Shown here in pieces: positions 55,979-64,000 of a stretch of DNA of 64,000 bases (positions within the stretch are counted from its first letter, which is position 1; each line of letters opens with the position of its first letter). The notes below the pieces were generated by a model. That model made no database searches. It was not told where the DNA came from and saw nothing but the letters and a program-made list of their open reading frames with translations. A program made the position numbers and the translations under genes. Source of the DNA: Octopus sinensis (Eukaryota); NCBI RefSeq assembly GCF_006345805.1, contig NC_042997.1, forward strand, positions 139,934,001 through 139,998,000, given 5' to 3'.

Positions 55979-58219
55979 TATATAAATGAAATGATATACA
56001 TATAATAGTGTCCTACAAGGGATTTAAATTCAAGACAACCACTAGCTGGCTCCTTGTTTTGGGGTTTTTTTCCACTTTATTTGCAGCATTATTTTGCTTC
56101 TTCATACCTATAGCATAAAAGAGTGGGAGAATAAAAAAAATACAATATTTGCCTAAACCAAATAAAGATGATCATGAAAAAGGTAACGGGAGAAAACTAC
56201 TTTGTTGTTGTCTCCCTTGAGTCGTTAAAGCAATATCAAGTCCACCGCGGTAGGCGTCCACTCTTTCCACATCGCTCACTCCGCTTAAAACAACTGTTTA
56301 ATTCTCTCACAAATTATGGATTACTACTGTCTTTTAAAAAAAGAGTTGGAGACAGTGAATGATGCGTTCCTGGATGCACCGTTTGCAGAAAAAGAAAAAA
56401 AAAGTCATGGCTGAAACATTTCTGATCCGGTATGCAAAATTCGACTAAACAGCAACCACGGTGCAAATGGACAATGAGAAATAAAATATATATATAATAT
56501 CCTGATTATTAAAAACAATGAGAAAAAGGAAAATAGTCTCCATGTGGTCAGGTCGTTGCAATCACTTAAAAATTAGCTATTAATAGTAGAAATCTATCGA
56601 AATGTCTTAATGTTTTTTGTTATAGAACCGAATGAAGCTGAGTACATATTAGAATGTTTAATATCAATTTTTTTCCTTCAGAAAATTAAGGTCCTTTAAA
56701 TTTTGCGATGGATTGACAGAATCATCAGAACATCGGACCAAATACCTAACAATATTTAGTTACGATTCTTTATGTTCTGGTTTCCAATCCCGCCAAGACC
56801 CATTTTGCTTTTACATCTTTCTGGGGACTCCCAAATTTCTAACCTTGTGTCTTATGCAATAAATAATGTTTTGCGATTTCCTAAAACTGAATATTTCTAA
56901 ATCATTCTAACATGAAATCTAGATTCATGTCAGAATGATTAAGAAATGTCTAAATAACAAGTTGTTTTAAGGTACACGTACTTAATTAGATAAATGATCC
57001 ACATAATACAAATCCAAAACTGAAGGAAACTCAAGCTAGAGCAAAGAATACTGTGTTGAATTGATGTATGAGAGTTGCTTTAAGTGATTTCTTCTTAGCT
57101 TCCTAAATTTTAGAACTTGTAAATCAAACTGCTCGGAGAAAATAAAAAGTGTTAACTTCCCTGCGAGTGTTGTTCTGCCTCGGTTTTAGTTTTCTATTCT
57201 ATTGCATTCGCCTTATTTTATCGACTTCTGAAAAAGGATAGAATTTATCTTGGGCAAGAGTTGAACCTAACTAAACATCATTGGCGTTTTATCTAATGTT
57301 CTGCTGATCCTGGAAATATTTGTCAAATGGAATGCTTTCTAACATTTCAGATTTTTTATTTTACTGTTGATTTTCATTTACTACTTTTCTTTTATACAAT
57401 AACAGGAGCGACAATTCAGAAAGAAATTACAAATGCCTTAAACCCTTATAACCAGTTGTTTCAGTCTTAGGCCAACCCTAACTTCTCATCTTTTTTAGGG
57501 TTATCGCAGGTTACATTATCCAGTATGTTTATTTTAAAAGGACACTAGAAAGCTATGTGAAACATATCTAACAGCTACTTATAGGTCATTGTACTTAATC
57601 CATTCAAATAGCATTGCTGCTCTATTTCCAACCTTTTCTCCTGAAGATATTATATGACCATTCCAGTAGCCGAAAGCAGCAACCAAATTTCTCTTAAATT
57701 ACGCTCAACGAAACAAAACGAAAAAGCCACAAAACCACCCGCATTGGATTATGCAACCTGGATAAGTCTGCTGATCATCGGTCTACTCTATCAGGGTTGA
57801 GTTGGCAGTCGGTTAAATAAACCAACCGGCGGAAAACATGTAGTGGCTCAACGTGATAGAAATGACAGCCCAATCCCACTCAAACTACACTCGACCCTTT
57901 TCAATAATCGAAAGATATGTTACATTGTATAATCCTACATAGCCCCTAACAAAGCCGGGATAGTCGTAGCTAGAATGCCATTTTCTTTCTTTTTTTAATT
58001 TTTATCATAGATCTACTCGATTAGCACTGTACTGAGCGAAGCAAGAAGAGGTGGGAGAATACCTAACGCAAACTCCAAAACAGCTCCTTGCGTGACTGTC
58101 ATTCCTCTAAACTTATATACGAAAAAAAAGTCAAAGCGCACTTAAATAGACATGAACACCACAACATCGATAAAATGGATATCACAAGTTAGAACAAAGA
58201 CGTTGTGAACAACAATCGG

Positions 58220-58270
58220 CGAGAATCTCGTTAGTGTAAGAGTAATCTCGTAGGTTTCGCAAATCTCGTT
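58220..58270 (+). promoter_or_regulatory. Putative core promoter with three AATCTCGT motifs
   Basis: AATCTCGT at 58224, 58244 and 58262 in a CpG-rich stretch 50-100 nt upstream of a Kozak ATG. Confidence 0.4.
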
Positions 58271-58321
58271 GAGGTTCTTTTATTTGTTTACTCACGACAT
58301 TAACTATTAAAACTGTTCGTC

Positions 58322-58372
58322 ATGGCGTTGGGCAAGCACGGGCAAGTCTCTGATGGTGCTGATGATACTCTG
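58322..58372 (+). CDS. Putative first coding exon of an unidentified gene (MALGKHGQVSDGADDTL)
   Basis: gtcATGG Kozak context, 17 open codons, then a GTGAGT donor at 58373; no repeat similarity seen. No downstream exon identified in the window. Confidence 0.5.
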
Positions 58373-58627
58373 GTGAGTCACAAATCATGCACCTTCAACG
58401 TAACATTAATCGTATATAAATCAGATCTTCATCGACTTACGATCAACTTTTTCTACTTTATATATATATATTCAGAGATCGAATATGTTTTACTTCACAC
58501 ATATATATCTACAGTATAGACCTGGAAAGATCATAGTTCAAATGAGTACTTAGTATATAATTATGTAGACTATTCTATACTTTATTTTGATAGCAAGAAT
58601 CTCTACGCAGAGCTCACGATCTCTTCT

Positions 58628-58629
<2 letters not shown>

Positions 58630-58669
<40 letters not shown>

Positions 58670-58685
58670 CATACATACATACACA
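58630..58685. repeat. (TA)n(TACA)n microsatellite
   Basis: Directly visible. Confidence 0.9.
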
Positions 58686-60172
58686 CTCGATCATCATTGA
58701 TATGTATTTATACTCACAAATACACACCTCTTGCAATGTTCATACATGATCAATTTTTCTGACTGTATGCGAAGAGATGAGCATATACACACAAACGATC
58801 ATTGGTGAATATTACATCCATAAATACACGATCGTTGTGTGTATATAAATACACGATCGTTATGTGTGTGTACACACACATGCATATATATGTATGTATA
58901 TATATATATATATAAAACACATGATCACTTTCTTTCTCTGACGTATATACCTTAATCTCAATACAGCTTTACCTACCGCTATATATAAACTCGCAAATAT
59001 TACCGATTATTTAATTTATACATGCATAATTTCTATATCGATTAAATATCTTTTCAACAAAAATAGGATTCTTCTTATTATTTAATAGCTCTAAATTCTG
59101 AATTCTATGTAGTGTTATTCGAAATATCCTATTGTTTAGAAATATACATTTACATTCCCTTGTAATGGATATAAATGTATATCCGATTATCTTTACGCAT
59201 AAATTTTATGTATTTTCGCCCTAACTGTCCACATTTTTTCATCAGGACTTTTAAAAAAGCAGCAAAACAAATGGTTTTAAAACGATTTAATTCCTTATTT
59301 AGACCGATGAGCAAGAAATGTTTTATCAATAAGAATATATATATTTTACAACCTTAAAAGAAAAAAATTAGATTTATTTTTAAAACAGCAAGTTGTATTA
59401 TCTGCTATAAGCTTGCACTATTTCTATTATTCTATATTAATAGAAATTATATTTAACAATTTCTGAAATTTGGTTTTCTATAAATTTAGTATGGATATGC
59501 AAATTTCGCTACGCAAGTGTTATGTTTTACACATTAGACTTTTTAAAAAATTTTACTTTGTTTAAATATATATATATATATATATCATTTCATGTGCATA
59601 ATATTCTCTATTGTATCCATTGAACGCGATTGTGCTTTAAAAGAAGCTTTGCAATGCAAGTCACTTTCATTCGGACTTGATCTGCTTATGTATTACAATA
59701 ATTATAACGTTATACATACTTATGTATGTATACACCCTTGGACTGCAAACTCTTGTTTTGTGAATATCTTCCCGATCTGGTAGAACAATTAAGATAAAGT
59801 GTGAAGTGTGGAATGAAATCTCAAAAAGAAATAATTCCGGAACATACGTAGAAAGACATATATAATGTGTGTGTGTTGTCTGATAGAGAAGTCGACATAT
59901 GATATTGACATATGTTGATAAATGTTGAGTAAAAGGAAGTATTTTCGTCTTGTGTTTCGGTTGTTTATTGTCGTGAAGACAAATTCTATTTGGAAGAATT
60001 AACAATCGACTATCACAAAGTGTATTTCAGACAGATATAAAGAAACAAATATGAAAGATTTTTATATATATATATATATATTATATGAAATAAAGCGAAG
60101 ATTTTATGTACGCACACTACAAATGCGTATCTTCAAAGAACAAAGAAAGAAAAACGATCGGAGTGTGTATGC

Positions 60173-60174
<2 letters not shown>

Positions 60175-60233
<59 letters not shown>

Positions 60234-60250
60234 CATACATACATACATAC
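60175..60250. repeat. (TA)n(TACA)n microsatellite
   Basis: Directly visible. Confidence 0.9.
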
Positions 60251-61714
60251 ACAAGCACATGATAATTAGGCAACTAGTAAGCATGAAAAAATGAGATTGA
60301 AACTGCTTTGTATAGTTTTCCTCTTACATTTAACTTTTTTTGTAGGAAAATATTCATAGCTTTCACATTTCTTTTTATTTTATTGTTGTGCGATGTATCT
60401 AAATCTATATTGTAGATTGTATAAAAGCAACTTTTCATGTGATTTGAAATAATGTAAATAAATAATTGGATAATCCCCACCCCACCTCTACTTCCAACGC
60501 AAAGTTTATAAATGAAGCAAGTCTCTTCATCTATACGGTCTTTACAAATATCGAACAAATAAAAGCATCATCTGCGACAAATCTTTGTCAGTAGCTTTAG
60601 TCGATTAATGCTGACGATGATGGTAATTTATTTAATAGAATCAGAATGGGGGGAAAAAAATTTTGTATTCTATAATTATAACCGCTGAAAGCTTATGAGG
60701 TTACATATTCCTTCGCACGAAATCTTTATTCAAATTTTGATGATCAACTAAACGAGAACATGACTCCTACTAGGTCGGTACAATAGTAGTCACTTATCGA
60801 GCTGCAAGAAAACCAGTACGAGATCGGAAGCGAGTGAACGCAAGTTCTTCGGTACTTATGCACTTGATGCTGGATCTGAGACGAATGCGAAAAACAGCAG
60901 CTCCGAGAAATATTGATATAGGATACTGTTCCAACACTGTACAAAAAAAAATGCTGTAATTGTTTCCTTAGAAAGCTGCATATAATTATAGATTTCAAAT
61001 ATTTCACTTTACACCGCAAATGTCTTTAGGAAAAGGCGTGTTCACGCTCTCAACCGCCCCCCCCCTTCCAGACCTTTGAAACAAGTAAAGCTGATGGTGA
61101 TAACCCATTGTCAAATTTATTGGATCAAAAAGGATCGAAGAACTGACACTTCATCGTAGTTTTTTCTAGGGATAAATAAATTGTTTGATACAATACGCTG
61201 TCATTCATTCATTACCAAGTCGTGGGATACATAAACCAAACGCAAAACATGTGACAGCCATACCTTTTCCCTTGGTATTAGCATAGCAAATAAAGCAACA
61301 TAGTTACACTTAGTAAACCTACAACAATTAAAAATTAATATTATTAACCATACTAAATTCCCTCTAATCATCCCAATCAGCCAAATTACCCACTAATTTA
61401 GGACACCAGATTAAGACTCATGAATGTCACCGCTACCCCTTTTCCTCACATTAAGTTACCTTTAGTCTGCCCTGCAGTATATACACACATGCTGCACAGG
61501 AAAGTAATAACCTGCCTTGGTCACATTGTCATAAAGCTTGTAAGTGGTGACAAAGATCTGATTTCAATTTGCTGTTGAAAGCCACTACTTCATTTGTGCT
61601 TGTTGAGGCCCCATAAAAGAAATGAATGCCACAGAATTCAATTTATGCTATCTCCTGAATATCTATCTGGACTTGTGCCTTGACAAATGTACTGACATTG
61701 TTGCATATATCACA

Positions 61715-61925
61715 GTGAAAGTAGTTTCCACATGGTTGCTCAGCCTGCTAGAGATAAGAGCCCAAATTCTTTCAAATCAGTACCTACTATTTTAAAAAGT
61801 GAAGGACACATTAGATAATGTGTACAGTCCCATGTGCACTCTGAAAAAGAAAGGGTAAGAAAAAGATGGAATAGTCATGGTTAGAACACTTTTGATTGTA
61901 GATCAACTGGACCAGGGCTGAATTG
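61715..61925 (+). mobile_element. Degenerate SINE body (third family)
   Basis: ctgctaga.ata..agcccaaat...aaggacacattagataatg...gtcatggttagaa; weaker copies near 57820-57990 and 61970-62130. Confidence 0.45.
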
Positions 61926-62317
61926 AATATAAATATGAACAACTTGTGAAAATGTAAGCCAACTATGGGTTTGGAATGTGGTGAGTTAATCTGCTAGAAA
62001 TAACTGTTAAACCACTTTCAACCCACATTCTACTAGCTTAAAAAATAAGGAAGGATGCATAACATAATATAGTTGTAACTTGATACATGATACCTGAAAA
62101 TAATTAAAAACATAAACATAATGGTCATAAATGGAATGCTAAACTAGAACTGATCAGTATCAAACAACTGAAAATGTGTAAAAATATTAGGTCTAATGTT
62201 TTTGTTTATTTTTCTCCTGTATGTGTGAGTGCATGTGTTTCAATCTGCCTCTTAATTTTTGAATTTATGTATATTCTGCAAAATTAATTTTATTTAAAGG
62301 ATAACAATAACAATTAT

Positions 62318-62702
62318 CTTTTATCATTTACTTGTTTCAGTCACTGGACTCTGTGGCTATCCCGGGGCACTACCTCAAAGTGTTTAGTGTAACAAATCAA
62401 CCCTAATCCTTTTTTTAAGCGTAGTACTTGTTCTATTGGTTTATTTTGCTGGATCACTATTTTATGGAGACATAAACAAACCAACCGCAGTTGCCAAGTT
62501 GAGTTGAGTGACAAACACAAACATATATAAATATATATATACAGTTGGTTCCCACACAGTTTCTGTCCATCAAATTCACTCACAAGGCATCGGTCAGCCT
62601 GGGACTATAGTAGAAGACATTTGCCCAAGATACCATGTAAATGGTCTGAACCCAAAACCACATGATTGCTAAGTAAGCCTTTTAGCCACACAACCATGCT
62701 CT
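62318..62702 (-). mobile_element. SINE (2524 family), minus strand
   Basis: Reverse complement of the family from ttacttgtttcagtca to agccacacaaccatgc. Confidence 0.85.
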
Positions 62703-63819
62703 AAGAAATTGGCAAGGAGGGGAACAATCTATCTTTGCCTGATTTGAAAATGACTGGATATAATTAAATACTGATCTATTGATTCTGACAATCTATTGCT
62801 TTTTGACACTTTTTCCATGATGGTATGGAATAGACCGTTTTTCTGAGACAGTGCTTAACAGCTGGATGCTTTTCAAATCACCAACCTTTTTTGTAACTTT
62901 TTGGCGACAAATAAGTATACAATGTACTTGTTTTTGAACTGAAATGTTAGAAATCTTTATTATTTCAATTGTTCCTTTTTTCATTACATGCTTTCACTGC
63001 ACAGCTGAGTGCAACTCTGTAGTAAGCATTGTGTATTATAATGTTGTTTTACCAATTATATTGAAAGTATTCTATGTAAGGTGTGTGTGCAGTGTCTGGT
63101 AGTGCTATTTCTGTATGTGTGCAAATCCTGGCATTCTGTTTACACATTTATCAGCATCTTAAGACAATAGTTTATGTTTGTCTCTGATTCTAGATCTCTA
63201 TCTCAAGGTAGTTTCTCCATTTCTTTTAGAAATCTGTAATTCTTTATTGGCACTGACATATCACTCAGAAGACCTTTTTTTTACTAGTAGTCCTTGACAA
63301 TAATATCCAATCAATTTACCTTGATCTCTGTCTAACATTATAAGCAGGCTGACAGAATGTTTGGCAATATTTCTTCAGACTCTACATTCTGAAGTTAACT
63401 TTATCTTTCATCATTTCTGAATTGATAAAAAAAGCAATCAAGTATTGGGGTTAAAGTAATTGACTAACTCCCTCCCATCAAAATTTAATGATCAGTAGAA
63501 ACCAGTATTATTACAGGACAGGAAATTACAAATAATAGTGCAGACTAATAATGTAATGCAGTTAGATTTCTTTGTGTTCAAATCTGATCAAGACCAAGTT
63601 TACCTTTCATTTCTCCAAGGTCAGTGAAATAAACACCAGTATTACACTGGGTCACATTGATTCCATTCTTCTCTTTGGTCTGTGAATACATATTATTTTC
63701 AATTTAAGGGTCTTGGAGGGCAGAATATGAAGTAAGTACTGCTGTTGATCTATTTGACTATATTCTTCCCCCAAATTTATCTCCTTGTATCAATATGAGA
63801 AATCATGGATTGGTAGAAT

Positions 63820-64000
63820 CATTAGTGGATCAAAATGTCTTGCACTATTTAGTTATGGCTCTTTATATTCTGAGTCAAAATTAAATTCAAAGGTCAAATA
63901 CACCTTTCATTCTTCCAGAGGTGAGAAAACAAAGTATAACGCACGTACTGGGGTTGATACAATCAACTGTTTCCTCTCTCCAAAACTTCTAATCTTGTGT
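63820..64000 (+). mobile_element. Degenerate Deu/Nin-like-core SINE running off the window end
   Basis: aaggtcaa...cacctttcattcttcc...tactggggttgat. Confidence 0.55.

Noticed and set aside
58360-58390. CTGATGA followed by a small hairpin (hammerhead-like)
   Set aside because: No GAAA, stem III or NUH follows; it is better explained as coding sequence plus a splice donor.

Overview
AT-rich eukaryotic genomic DNA. It is probably a coleoid cephalopod such as Octopus; this is an inference from recalled SINE/MITE families, not from a database hit. The only host gene I can name is ACSF3 (malonate--CoA ligase), whose last three coding exons lie at 1048-1167, 4806-4922 and 6611-7005 on the + strand. 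A probable first coding exon of a second, unidentified gene lies at 58322-58372 in a CpG-retaining promoter-like zone. Almost everything else is transposon-derived. Old relics include SINEs, mariner, Tc1, Chapaev-like, MULE, Helentron-like, HERO-like, CR1 and RTE elements. A young nested cluster at 34.7-55.2 kb contains: a full-length Tx1/L1-clade LINE with an intact 1131-aa ORF2, inserted inside ORF1 of an older relative; an IR/DR Tc1 inserted in a non-autonomous Helitron; a Helitron > piggyBac > 8-bp-TSD MITE nest; a 6.6-kb autonomous-type Helitron forming a ~1.1-kb head-to-head palindrome with a sister copy; a minimal type I hammerhead ribozyme in a Penelope-like repeat; and foldback MITEs. 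No CRISPR, rRNA or tRNA genes were seen. All alignments were done by eye, and family assignments rest on recalled motifs.
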